Source: a virus (taxonomy: Duplodnaviria > Caudoviricetes). Taken from it: DNA of 62,388 bases. The stretch lies in the IMG/VR virus record IMGVR_UViG_3300007734_000743, positions 1-62,388 of that record; one strand, written 5' to 3'. The notes below the pieces were generated by a model. The model was not told the DNA's origin and ran no database searches. It saw only the letters and a program-made list of their open reading frames with translations. This document shows, piece by piece, positions 46,837 to 56,556 of the stretch (its first letter is position 1; every line of letters begins with the position of its first letter). A program made the translations under genes and the position numbers.

Positions 46837-47838
46837 GTGCCAGACGAATGGAGAATAATAAAAATGCTTTTTGAAGAACAATTATCAAGAAAACCAAATT
46901 TGTATCCTTGGACACAGGATTTTATCGACGTAATGGAAGAGGGCCATTGGACAGCAAAAGAATTTAATTTCCAGAGCGACTTGCACGACTACCTAGTAAC
47001 ATTTACAGACGCTGAAAGAGAGGTGATAAAAAATGACCTTTCAGCAATTGCTCAGATTGAAGTGGCTGTAAAAAAGTTTTGGTCAAAAGTGGGAGATAAT
47101 TTTCCCCACCCAAGCATCAATGATTTAGGTGTTGTTATGAGCCATGTAGAGGTAATTCATAACATTGCTTATGAAAAACTACTCAACGTTCTTAATCTTG
47201 ATGACGTTTTCGAAGAAAACTTAAAACTGGATATCATAAAAGGCAGAGTAAAGTATCTTCGCAAATACACACACAGGTATTATGAAAATTCTAAAAAACA
47301 ATATCTGTACGCTTTAGTTCTTTTCACATTATTCGTTGAAAACGTATCACTTTTTTCTCAATTTTATGTAATTAATTGGTTCAATCGGTACAAAAATGTT
47401 CTCAAGGATACAGCTCAACAAGTGGCATATACCGCTAAAGAAGAAACTGTGCATGCTCTTGTTGGAACTAAGCTTATCAATACTCTTAGAGTAGAATATC
47501 CTGAGCTATTTGACGAAGAGCTTGAAAAAAGGATTTTAGACGAGGCTCAGGAGGCTTTCGAGTGTGAAGCTAAAATAATTGATTGGATTTTGGGTGATTA
47601 TGAAGGCGAAAAACTTTCAAAAGAGCATCTCAAAGTTTTTGTCAAGGATAGAATCAACCAATCTTTAGCCGGAATTGGTTTCAAGCAAATTTTTGAAGAC
47701 ATTGACCAGAAATTACTTTCTGAAACTGAATGGTTTAATGAGGATGTACTAGGTAACACAAATACAGACTTTTTCTATGCCAGACCTGTCAATTATTCTA
47801 AAGGAAATAAGAGTTATGATGTTGAGGATTTATTCTAA
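46837..47838 (+). CDS. nrdB: Ribonucleotide reductase class I beta subunit
   Basis: E.IH..AY, ENVSLFSQF, EE.VH, DFF. Confidence 0.95.
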   Translation: MPDEWRIIKMLFEEQLSRKPNLYPWTQDFIDVMEEGHWTAKEFNFQSDLHDYLVTFTDAEREVIKNDLSAIAQIEVAVKKFWSKVGDNFPHPSINDLGVVMSHVEVIHNIAYEKLLNVLNLDDVFEENLKLDIIKGRVKYLRKYTHRYYENSKKQYLYALVLFTLFVENVSLFSQFYVINWFNRYKNVLKDTAQQVAYTAKEETVHALVGTKLINTLRVEYPELFDEELEKRILDEAQEAFECEAKIIDWILGDYEGEKLSKEHLKVFVKDRINQSLAGIGFKQIFEDIDQKLLSETEWFNEDVLGNTNTDFFYARPVNYSKGNKSYDVEDLF

Positions 47839-49487
47839 TGAGAAATATTGAATGGTTAAATGAGGATTCGCGTGTGTTTTTGGCACGAGGTTATTTGCGA
47901 GAAGGAGTAACACCCGAAGAAAGAATTGAAGTAATTTCAAATGCTGCTGCAAAATACCTCCACAAGATAGATGGGTTTAAAGAAAAGTTTTTAGACTATC
48001 TTGCCAGAGGATATTATTCATTGGCGTCTCCAGTGTGGAGTAATTTTGGTGAAACAAGAGGCTTGCCAATTAGTTGCAATGGTCAGTTTGTGGATGATTC
48101 TATGGATGACATTTTATATTGCAATGGTGAAACAGGCATGATGACTAAACATGGAGCGGGAACCTCAGCTTACTTCGGAGCCTTACGAGGTCGAGGTAGT
48201 GACATTTCTGCTGGAGGTAAATCTTTCGGAGCTGTGCATTTCATGCAAATGTTTGATACAACTACACGCATTGTCAGCCAGTCTAACGTTAGGAGAGGCT
48301 CATTTGCCGCTTATTACCCAGTAGAAGGGCCTGACATCATGGAATTCTTAGAGATAAGAGAAAATGGAAATGCAATTCAAGATATGAGTATCGGCGTGAC
48401 CATTTCTGATAGCTGGATGGAGCAAATGAAATCAGGTGACAAAGACAAGAGGAAGATTTGGGCAAGAATTATTAAAAAACGATTTGAGACTGGGTATCCA
48501 TACATCTTCTGGACGGATACTGTAAATAAAAATGCACCTCTTTGGTACAGAGATAAAGGATTGAAAATACATGCTTCTAATCTTTGCTCCGAGATTTGTT
48601 TACCGTCTGATATAAACAACTCATTTGTTTGCGATTTATCATCTATGAATCTTCTATTTTTCGAAGAGTGGAAGGATACCGATGCCGTGGAAATCCTTAC
48701 TTATTTCTTAGATGCTGTTATGGAAGAATACATTGAAAAGACTAAAGATTTGCCATTTATGAAAAAAGCACATAACTTTGCCAAAAATCATAGGGCATTA
48801 GGCAGTGGTGGTCTTGGATGGCATTCGTATTTGCAATCTAAATCAATTGCATTTGAGTCTACTGAAGCAAAAATTAAAAATGCTCAGATTTGGAAGCTTA
48901 TAGAGCAAAAAAGTATTGCGGCATCCAAGAAATTGGCTGAATTGTACGGCGAAGCTCCTATCTTGAAAGGGTACGGCTTAAGAAATGCAACACTTCTTGC
49001 AATCGCTCCTACTACGTCATCATCTTTCATTCTTGGACAGGTTTCGCCAAGTATAGAGCCTTTAAACTCTAATTACTTTGTCAAAGATTTGGCTAAAGGT
49101 AAATTTACCTATAAAAACCCCTATCTTAAAAATGTTTTAGAAAATTATGGCAGAGATGATGCTAAAACTTGGAAATCAATTATGGTGCATGGCGGCTCCG
49201 TACAACATTTGGACTTTCTGAGCGAGCATGAAAAGATGGTTTTCAAGACCTTTGGTGAAATTTCACAAAAAGAAATTGTGATACAAGCTGCCGCTAGACA
49301 AAAGTACATTGACCAAAGCCAAAGCCTCAATTTGATGATTCATCCTGACACTCCTGTAAAGGATGTTAATGAATTGATGTTGTTTGCTTGGGAATCTGGT
49401 GTTAAAACTCTCTATTACCAAAGAGGAACTAATCCTAGCCAAGAACTGGCCAGAAATCTGCTTAATTGCGAAAGCTGTGAAGCCTAA
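47838..49487 (+). CDS. nrdA: Ribonucleotide reductase class I alpha subunit (no ATP cone)
   Basis: GLPISC, RRGSFA, SNLCSEI, APTTSSS, KTLYY, C-terminal CESCEA. Confidence 0.96.
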   Translation: MRNIEWLNEDSRVFLARGYLREGVTPEERIEVISNAAAKYLHKIDGFKEKFLDYLARGYYSLASPVWSNFGETRGLPISCNGQFVDDSMDDILYCNGETGMMTKHGAGTSAYFGALRGRGSDISAGGKSFGAVHFMQMFDTTTRIVSQSNVRRGSFAAYYPVEGPDIMEFLEIRENGNAIQDMSIGVTISDSWMEQMKSGDKDKRKIWARIIKKRFETGYPYIFWTDTVNKNAPLWYRDKGLKIHASNLCSEICLPSDINNSFVCDLSSMNLLFFEEWKDTDAVEILTYFLDAVMEEYIEKTKDLPFMKKAHNFAKNHRALGSGGLGWHSYLQSKSIAFESTEAKIKNAQIWKLIEQKSIAASKKLAELYGEAPILKGYGLRNATLLAIAPTTSSSFILGQVSPSIEPLNSNYFVKDLAKGKFTYKNPYLKNVLENYGRDDAKTWKSIMVHGGSVQHLDFLSEHEKMVFKTFGEISQKEIVIQAAARQKYIDQSQSLNLMIHPDTPVKDVNELMLFAWESGVKTLYYQRGTNPSQELARNLLNCESCEA

Positions 49488-49506
49488 AATATTGTAAAAT
49501 AAAATT

Positions 49507-49884
49507 ATGACTACGGAATATGAGGCAAAAGTTGTAAGAATTCTAGATGCTCTTCATGAGCACGAAGAAGAGGAAAATAAACATACATTGCAGCTTTTGC
49601 TTCAAGACGTGGAGGAAGCTTATGTCTTTAAAGTAGTTCTTGAAGAAAAAAATGTTCGTGAGATTGTTGGTGCTAGAGACCCGCTTACAAGCAAACAAAT
49701 GATAGAATTAGCCATCTTACTTCGTTCAAGAGAGGAGCCTGTTAAAATGTTAGTTCCAGTGGATTCTAAAGAAATATCTTTAGAAGATTTTCAGGAAACT
49801 AAGAAATTAGATACGCCAAAAAGAAATCGAAGACGAAGAAGAAATAATAAAAAACCAAACAATTTTAAACAGCAGAAATCGTAA
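49507..49884 (+). CDS. Hypothetical protein with Arg-rich tail
   Basis: TGTAAAAT-N6-ATG start. Confidence 0.7.
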   Translation: MTTEYEAKVVRILDALHEHEEEENKHTLQLLLQDVEEAYVFKVVLEEKNVREIVGARDPLTSKQMIELAILLRSREEPVKMLVPVDSKEISLEDFQETKKLDTPKRNRRRRRNNKKPNNFKQQKS

Positions 49885-49890
49885 AGATAA

Positions 49891-50343
49891 TTGATGGATA
49901 ATTACATTGAATTAGCATTACGAACAGACCCTTCTCCAGAGCAATATGAGATAATTGCCAAACGAAACGAGCAACCAAACATGATGCGTCTTGAGCATTC
50001 CCTGATGGGAATTGTCACAGAAGCTGGTGAACTCATGGACCAGCTCAAAAAACATATAGTTTATGGCAAAGAGCTTGATTTAGTCAATTTAGCAGAAGAA
50101 TGCGGTGACGTTTTTTGGTATTTAGCCTTGTGTATCTCTACATTAGCTGAACTTATGGGCAGAGACCCTGTTGAGCTTGAGCAATCTATTAAACAAATTA
50201 ATATTGCTAAGTTAAAAGCAAGATACCCTGAAAAGTTCACAGAAACTGACGCAGTGATAAGAAACTTGACAGCTGAAAGAGATATCTTAGACAAGGTAGA
50301 TGTGCCAGAAAAAATGATTCGATATGGGGAGGAAAACATCTGA
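49891..50343 (+). CDS. MazG-like NTP pyrophosphohydrolase
   Basis: G..TEAGEL.D..KK, EECGDVFWY, NIAKL.ARYP. Confidence 0.9.
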   Translation: MMDNYIELALRTDPSPEQYEIIAKRNEQPNMMRLEHSLMGIVTEAGELMDQLKKHIVYGKELDLVNLAEECGDVFWYLALCISTLAELMGRDPVELEQSIKQINIAKLKARYPEKFTETDAVIRNLTAERDILDKVDVPEKMIRYGEENI

Positions 50344-50825
50344 TGGGAAAATCTGTGACATACTCTGAATCAAAAGAGCTTTTAGAAATTGCTAAAAAAT
50401 TAAAAGCAAAGTACATAAATCTTGTTGGCTACATTGATTTAACAAAAATCTTTTTTGCCTATAAGGGTGGTGATTTAAATGACAACTTTACCTATGAAGT
50501 TTTAGGACTTAAAAATGAATGGGTAAAGCATACACAAGATTCCCAAGAGGATGCGAAGCTCTATTGTATAGCAATGACTTATGATTTCTATCAAAAATGT
50601 GAAGGCTCGCTGCTAGAATGGATTATGCTTGACGCTCTTTATTCTTGCCATCCTAAAATGGATGGAAAAATTAGAAGAAAGGATGTCCATGAGTTTTCTA
50701 GAATTCTTAATACTTTAGATGACCTTGGTCATGCAAAAGATTGGCGAACAAACAGCCACCTGCCAGAATTACTTGGCGACGAAACTATTATTTTTGGTTT
50801 AGAGGAAGAGGATGAGTCTATATAA
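50343..50825 (+). CDS. Phage metallopeptidase-like protein (degenerate)
   Basis: C-terminal R.KDV.EF..I pattern; HEL.H motif not intact. Confidence 0.45.
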   Translation: MGKSVTYSESKELLEIAKKLKAKYINLVGYIDLTKIFFAYKGGDLNDNFTYEVLGLKNEWVKHTQDSQEDAKLYCIAMTYDFYQKCEGSLLEWIMLDALYSCHPKMDGKIRRKDVHEFSRILNTLDDLGHAKDWRTNSHLPELLGDETIIFGLEEEDESI

Positions 50826-51789
50826 CAAATATCGCCCACAATCTTTTGATAACTTGATTCAAAGCAAATATAATAAAGGGCTGTCGAAAGACAGCCTAAA
50901 TCATCATGCTTATTTATTTTTTGGCCCTCCAGGCACTGGAAAAACTTCTGCTGCCAGATTGTGTATGGCTGAGTATTTAGATGAAAAAAATAAACATTTA
51001 GCAATTTCTGGAAGCCATCCTGATTATGTGGAGATAAACTGTGCTGTTAATAATGGAGTAGATGATATCAGAGCTATTGTTTCTGATGTAGTTAACACAA
51101 TTCCAATACAATCTGAGTATAAGTTTATCATATTTGATGAATCTCATATGCTAACTACACAATCTCAAAATGCTTTGCTTAAAACTGTTGAAGAGCCACC
51201 AAAACATGTAAAGTTTTTCTTCTGCACCACGGAAATCAATAAAGTGTTACCAGCAATTCGTTCCAGATGCCAGATAATGCCATTTATTAAGCTGTCTGAT
51301 AAAGCTTTGATTAAAATTTTAAGCAATGTCTGTAACGGTGAAAACATTAATTTCAACGATGAATCGGCACAAATGATAATTTCATTTGCTGATGGTTCTG
51401 CCAGAACAGCCATAAACATTTTTGAGCAATGTGCTTCTGTATTTGATAATCCTGAGGCTGTAGGCCAAATTGTTGGAACAACAAGTATAAACAATTTTAA
51501 GCTACTCACTGAATTAATTTGTGATAAACAAGCAGTAAAAGCTATCCAGCTTTTAGACGAATTATTCAACAACTCTATTGACCCAGGTTCATTGATGAAT
51601 AAGTATGCTGATTACTTAGCTGATTTAATTACTCAAAGATTGGTAGACAAAAATAGTGTGCCTTACGATGGCAAAAAATTGCTTTTGATAGCAGATTGTG
51701 TCACAGATATTTTAAAAGATTTCAAAATACTTCAAAATATAAAACTTATTTCTAAAATAAACGTACTAAAAACTATAAGTAAGATGTAA
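50812..51789 (+). CDS. dnaX: Clamp loader gamma/tau subunit
   Basis: LY.KYRPQ.F, HAYLF.GPPGTGKT, DESHML, NALLKT.EEPP, SRC, GSAR. Confidence 0.95.
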   Translation: MSLYNKYRPQSFDNLIQSKYNKGLSKDSLNHHAYLFFGPPGTGKTSAARLCMAEYLDEKNKHLAISGSHPDYVEINCAVNNGVDDIRAIVSDVVNTIPIQSEYKFIIFDESHMLTTQSQNALLKTVEEPPKHVKFFFCTTEINKVLPAIRSRCQIMPFIKLSDKALIKILSNVCNGENINFNDESAQMIISFADGSARTAINIFEQCASVFDNPEAVGQIVGTTSINNFKLLTELICDKQAVKAIQLLDELFNNSIDPGSLMNKYADYLADLITQRLVDKNSVPYDGKKLLLIADCVTDILKDFKILQNIKLISKINVLKTISKM

Positions 51790-51819
51790 ATTAGGTTTTT
51801 TTTCTGTAAAATTAACCTA

Positions 51820-52545
51820 ATGCAAGATAATGAGCACATTTTAACTACATTAGCCAGAAAAGCAAAAGAGGGTTGCCAAAAATCTTTTGATGAAATTCTT
51901 AAAATCTTAGACCCAGAAATAAAAAAAATTGCTCATAAGTTTTACATTGTTGGAAGCGATGAGCAAGACGTAATTCAGGAATGTAGACTTGGTGTTTGGA
52001 AAGCGGTTAAGGATTTTGACTCAGATGCTGGAATGTCTTTCAAAAATTTTAGTTTGAGTTTGTGTGTAAAAAGGCATTTGATTACAGCAATGTCACACGC
52101 AAATACTCAGAAGTTTAGGTTACAAAATGAGGCTGTGAGCTTAAGTGCTCCTGTTTCACAAAGCGATGATGATGGTATACAAACTTATGCTGATTATATT
52201 CCTGACCCGAACAGCGATTTGCTAAATCAGTACATAATTCAAGAAGAGTTTAGTACCAATTTAGAAATGATTTCAGAAAGATTGACAAAACTTGAAATGT
52301 CTATTTTTGGTCAATATGCATATTCTTCTTCATATAAAGACATAGCTGATGCACTTCAAGTGAAACCAAAAACTGTGGACAATGCGTTGATGAGGATTAG
52401 AAAAAAATCGAGCGAAACTTATCAATACTATCTAGAAACTCACTCTCAGATAAATTTAGGATTTTCATCTATTGGAACAGCTTTTGGAACATCTTTCTTT
52501 GTTGAAACCCTTATAGGATTTACTACAAATCTTTCAGTGGTTTGA
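51820..52545 (+). CDS. sigH: SigH-like RNA polymerase sigma factor
   Basis: FYIVGSD.QDVIQE..LG.WKAV.DF, SFK.F..LC.KR.LITA, SY.DIA..L....K.VDNALMRI.KK. Confidence 0.88.
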   Translation: MQDNEHILTTLARKAKEGCQKSFDEILKILDPEIKKIAHKFYIVGSDEQDVIQECRLGVWKAVKDFDSDAGMSFKNFSLSLCVKRHLITAMSHANTQKFRLQNEAVSLSAPVSQSDDDGIQTYADYIPDPNSDLLNQYIIQEEFSTNLEMISERLTKLEMSIFGQYAYSSSYKDIADALQVKPKTVDNALMRIRKKSSETYQYYLETHSQINLGFSSIGTAFGTSFFVETLIGFTTNLSVV

Positions 52546-52559
52546 ACGTATAAATATGT

Positions 52560-53654
52560 ATGAAAGCAATTTTATCCACAGATTTACTAAGAGTGGCCCT
52601 ATCAAGATGCTTTGATGCTTGTGAAAAGAAAACTTCTGAATCTGTTGTCAGTTTGTCTTTTAGCGATTCGAATTTAACACTGTCTGCTAAGGGTTCTTTT
52701 ACTTTTTATGAAGAAATAATTTCGGTAATTTCTGCCGACGAAGATTGTGATTTTTGTATTAAAACATCTACTCTTCTTGAGTTTGTGAAATATGTTTCAG
52801 CCGACAGTATCATTTTAGTTTATGACAAAGACAAAAAATCTTGTCTTGTTTCTACCTCTGATAAAAAATCAAAAATGGCTCTTCAAGTGGTAGAAGCGGA
52901 AGTTGATTTGGGCCAAATTGGCGAGTATGTAGTTTCCTTTGATGTTGAAAATTCTCATGAAATTATATCAAAACTTAATTTTGCTTCAAAGTTTTGCTCA
53001 AATAATTTTCAAGACCACCCTTTAACGGCAATTCATTGTGAGATTGACATAAACGCATTCAATATTCAAAGCACAAATGGTCCTTCATTTTACTCATCTA
53101 GTTTGCCAATTACATCAAGCTCTGCAATGGAGATATTTTTGCCCAAAAAAGCTCCAGCTATTTTGAAAAATGTTTTTCATGAGCAATTATTCAATAAATG
53201 CTCGTTCAATAAACGCTCTGTTTTGTTTGAATCTGACAAGTGCAAGCTCACATTTTTCGTTGAACAAAGTAATTCAACATTTCCCGACCAAGTTAGGGAC
53301 TGGATTAAAAAAGATTCCAATGCTAAAATTAAAGCATCAGTTTATGAATTATCTAAAACTCTGAAGTTTTTCAATGGTGTATTCAATGAATCATCTGTTA
53401 ATTTCAACATTAAAGATGGAAAGCTTAATTTAGAATCGAAAGAAAATAATCTAGCCGCTAAAGAAAACGTGGTAACCGAAGAATGCACAGGTGATGCTAC
53501 TTCGGCTTACAACTCAAAATACTTCTTGGATTGCTTAGAATCTCTTCAATCATCTTGGGTAAATCTTGATTTTATAGAAATGAGTGAAAGTTTCTACATT
53601 TGTAAACTCACTCACGGTAGCACATTAATATTACTATGTCCAACTACATTTTAG
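52560..53654 (+). CDS. dnaN: Sliding clamp (DNA Pol III beta-like)
   Basis: 364 aa; STNG, FPD, YNSKY.LD.L, C-terminal LLCP; located between dnaX and the delta-like gene. Confidence 0.75.
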   Translation: MKAILSTDLLRVALSRCFDACEKKTSESVVSLSFSDSNLTLSAKGSFTFYEEIISVISADEDCDFCIKTSTLLEFVKYVSADSIILVYDKDKKSCLVSTSDKKSKMALQVVEAEVDLGQIGEYVVSFDVENSHEIISKLNFASKFCSNNFQDHPLTAIHCEIDINAFNIQSTNGPSFYSSSLPITSSSAMEIFLPKKAPAILKNVFHEQLFNKCSFNKRSVLFESDKCKLTFFVEQSNSTFPDQVRDWIKKDSNAKIKASVYELSKTLKFFNGVFNESSVNFNIKDGKLNLESKENNLAAKENVVTEECTGDATSAYNSKYFLDCLESLQSSWVNLDFIEMSESFYICKLTHGSTLILLCPTTF

Positions 53655-54484
53655 AAGGAGAATCTTTTTTTATTCTTGAGAAGCTTTACGAGCTGACAGA
53701 AGGTAAAAAGATTGAAATTAACCCAGAGAAAATTAATCCGTTTTCACTTTTTGGAAATGTGGATTACTATGTATTTTTTGACCCAGATAAAGAAACTTTA
53801 GAAAAGCAAAATTTGGATAAGTTTATTTTATGTTTCATGGACAAAAACATTGACCAGAGACTTGATTACATTAAAAAAATTAAGCAGAAAGCTCAATTAT
53901 TAAGTTTTGAACCTATACCAACAACAGATTTTGATTCTTTTAAAAAGGTTTTTCCAATGTTCAAGACTAACTTGAATTCATTGCCATTCAAGAAAAATAG
54001 CTTAAAGTACAAAGGCTCTAAGCAAAATTATGAGTGGTTTGATTTATGTTTAATTTCTGACTTATACGAAATCGGAGACATAAATATTTATCAACAAGTA
54101 TTTGAGTCATATTTTGACATTTGGAGGTTTACGGATTTGTTATGGAGCGGCAACATAAAATGCTTGGAGCAAATTAAATACATAAACGATAAAAACTTCG
54201 AAGACTATTTTAATAGAATACGCGAAACTTCCAAAGACTATCTTGAAGTGATACAAACTGGGGCAAGTAATTTTTATTCTCACAAGAAGCTCTACAGTGA
54301 CTCAGTGGTAAACAATGAATTTAGATTTAATAAAATAAAAGAAAAATTAAATCTCATTAATTCAGATTGTGTGCTAGATTGTGTGGGATATTTTGATGTG
54401 TGCTTAAAGAATGTTAGAGAGGGTTCTAATCCGAAAGTAGAAATGATAAAGCTATTTTATAAGTTTAAAGAAAATGCTCTCTAA
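53636..54484 (+). CDS. Possible clamp-loader delta (HolA-like) subunit
   Basis: YILEGE.FF, FSLFG, FDI..F.D; C-terminal D...K...G.NP...M. Confidence 0.5.
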   Translation: MSNYILEGESFFILEKLYELTEGKKIEINPEKINPFSLFGNVDYYVFFDPDKETLEKQNLDKFILCFMDKNIDQRLDYIKKIKQKAQLLSFEPIPTTDFDSFKKVFPMFKTNLNSLPFKKNSLKYKGSKQNYEWFDLCLISDLYEIGDINIYQQVFESYFDIWRFTDLLWSGNIKCLEQIKYINDKNFEDYFNRIRETSKDYLEVIQTGASNFYSHKKLYSDSVVNNEFRFNKIKEKLNLINSDCVLDCVGYFDVCLKNVREGSNPKVEMIKLFYKFKENAL

Positions 54485-55028
54485 TGATTACGTCCATATA
54501 GATTACTTAGTTGAAAAAGTAAAACAAAATGACTCAGAGGCTCTCAGTGAGCTTTATGATTTTTATAGACCAATTATTTCAGCAACCGCCTCAAGAGTTT
54601 GCAATAGATATAAATCTGTAGAAAAGGACGATTTAATGTCTGAAAGTATTTTCATTCTCAAAGAACTTTGTGAGAAATATGACAAGAACAAAAGTTTTTT
54701 TTCCTACTTTTTGGAGACTAGAATACAATCTTACATGATTGCAAAAGTTAAATCTAAATACACTGAAAATGTAACAATAGTGCCTTTAGATGAGCATGAT
54801 TTTTATGAGCCTTGCGAAAATTGTAGCATTTTTGAAGAACACACAGAGCTTAGGGAAGAGATTGATAATTTGCCCGAAAAACTTCAACAAATTATAGATT
54901 TAATTTACTTCAAACAATTCACACAATCTGAATGTGCTGTAATTTTAAATGTTTCACAAGCCGCAGTAAGTAAAAGATTAAATAAGGCAATAAAAATTTT
55001 GAAAGAAAATTTAGAAAAACGGTTATAA
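54474..55028 (+). CDS. Sigma-70-family factor (regions 2 and 4)
   Basis: A...LY..YRPII, DDL.SE, YD....F.Y; LPEK...I.L.Y....TQ.ECA.IL.VSQ.AVS. Confidence 0.85.
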   Translation: MLSNDYVHIDYLVEKVKQNDSEALSELYDFYRPIISATASRVCNRYKSVEKDDLMSESIFILKELCEKYDKNKSFFSYFLETRIQSYMIAKVKSKYTENVTIVPLDEHDFYEPCENCSIFEEHTELREEIDNLPEKLQQIIDLIYFKQFTQSECAVILNVSQAAVSKRLNKAIKILKENLEKRL

Positions 55029-55094
55029 AAAATGCGTTTCATTATTACTATAGTTTTGTGCTTCTATTTTTTAGAAGTGTTCTAGAGGGTTCTC

Positions 55095-55814
55095 ATGCAA
55101 AAAAAAGACAGTGAAATTTTTTACAATTGGACAAATTCCAACAACACCAACGACAAACTTCAATTCCGCACTATTCAATCAAGAATCGCCCCGCTTTTAG
55201 AGAGAAACGCTTACAATCATTCTGAAATTGAAGAAATTTTAGTTTCTGAAGGATACAAGCAAAACCTAATTAAGGAAGCTCTTAAAATGGCGAGCATGGA
55301 TGAAGAGATAGAAGAAACCGAAGAGGTAGAAGCAGAAGAAACTTTGCCTAAGAAATATTCTGACCTTTCGCACAAGTTCGAAAGAGTGCTTGAAGCCAAA
55401 GGCCCTACTAAGTTCGTCAAGATTATGACTCAAGGAGAAAACCCTCTGATGAAACTTTCAAAGAAAGAATTGGATACATTCCAAAAAATTGCCGACACAG
55501 CTTACACTAATTCTGTTCACTATGCCACACTTCATGCATTTATGAAACCATCTATTATTTCTGAGCTTGCTGAAAATGTTTGCAGAGCTAGAAAAATTAG
55601 AAAAAATTGCCGAGTGGCCAAAGTAGATGACGGAGTATATCAAATTGAGCACAATGGTAAAACAGTAAAGGCTTCTTATAAGCCCGTAATTTCAACAAGC
55701 AATAAGTTTGCAAGCTCAAACTATGCTGAATTTGGCTTCCCTGATGAGTATGTTATTTTGGCATACGAAGAAGCGTCTCCTTATTCCCAAATTAAGAAAG
55801 ACCTTGGTCTTTAA
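55095..55814 (+). CDS. Hypothetical protein
   Basis: 239-aa ORF. Confidence 0.7.
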   Translation: MQKKDSEIFYNWTNSNNTNDKLQFRTIQSRIAPLLERNAYNHSEIEEILVSEGYKQNLIKEALKMASMDEEIEETEEVEAEETLPKKYSDLSHKFERVLEAKGPTKFVKIMTQGENPLMKLSKKELDTFQKIADTAYTNSVHYATLHAFMKPSIISELAENVCRARKIRKNCRVAKVDDGVYQIEHNGKTVKASYKPVISTSNKFASSNYAEFGFPDEYVILAYEEASPYSQIKKDLGL

Positions 55815-55871
55815 TACTAAGCAGTTCCAATATACAGGTTAATTTTTACAATTAGCCTGTATAACTTATTT

Positions 55872-56555
55872 ATGACATCTTCAAATGAGCCTGTAATTGA
55901 TAACATAATTTTAGATGATACAAAATTAGTTACAATAAATGATGCAGATAGTTTAGTTCTATTCAGCACTTTAAAGGCAGAAGCAAAACCAGTAGTTCCA
56001 TACAATCTAAACGTTTCTGGGATAGAATATCCTCAATTGTATTCTCCAAAATGTGCAATTTGCAACTCTCCGCATAGAACTTTATTAGAGCATGTGTACA
56101 TTGATTGCGGACAAAAAATAAACACCACTATTAAGTTTTTTGAAAAACACTTTCTGGCAAAACTAAATTGGACTCAAGTTAATCAGCATATAAAGTACCA
56201 TTGTGACTTGAATAAAATTGAAACTCCAGGCTTGCTTCATTATGAAGACAGAGAACATGAAGTTTCCAGATGGAAATATAGAGAGTTTGAGTTAGCTGAA
56301 ACTATGATTCTGATGGAAATCAATGATGTAAGAGGAATCAAAGCCAAATCTCCTGATGATATTTTGAAAAGAGCTTCAATGATTGAGAAACTCACAGGAA
56401 AGCTTCTCTTAATCAAAGAAAAACGAGATGATAACTCTCTTGGATTGCCAAACGTTTTTGAAGTGTTACATGAATTGCATGATTTAATGACAAATGATGA
56501 AGATAAACGAATAATTAGAGAAAAAACCAAAGCATTAAAGCAATCTATTTCATAA
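55872..56555 (+). CDS. Possible terminase small subunit (Zn-binding)
   Basis: CAIC...H...H; directly upstream of terL. Confidence 0.45.
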   Translation: MTSSNEPVIDNIILDDTKLVTINDADSLVLFSTLKAEAKPVVPYNLNVSGIEYPQLYSPKCAICNSPHRTLLEHVYIDCGQKINTTIKFFEKHFLAKLNWTQVNQHIKYHCDLNKIETPGLLHYEDREHEVSRWKYREFELAETMILMEINDVRGIKAKSPDDILKRASMIEKLTGKLLLIKEKRDDNSLGLPNVFEVLHELHDLMTNDEDKRIIREKTKALKQSIS

Positions 56556-56556
56556 G

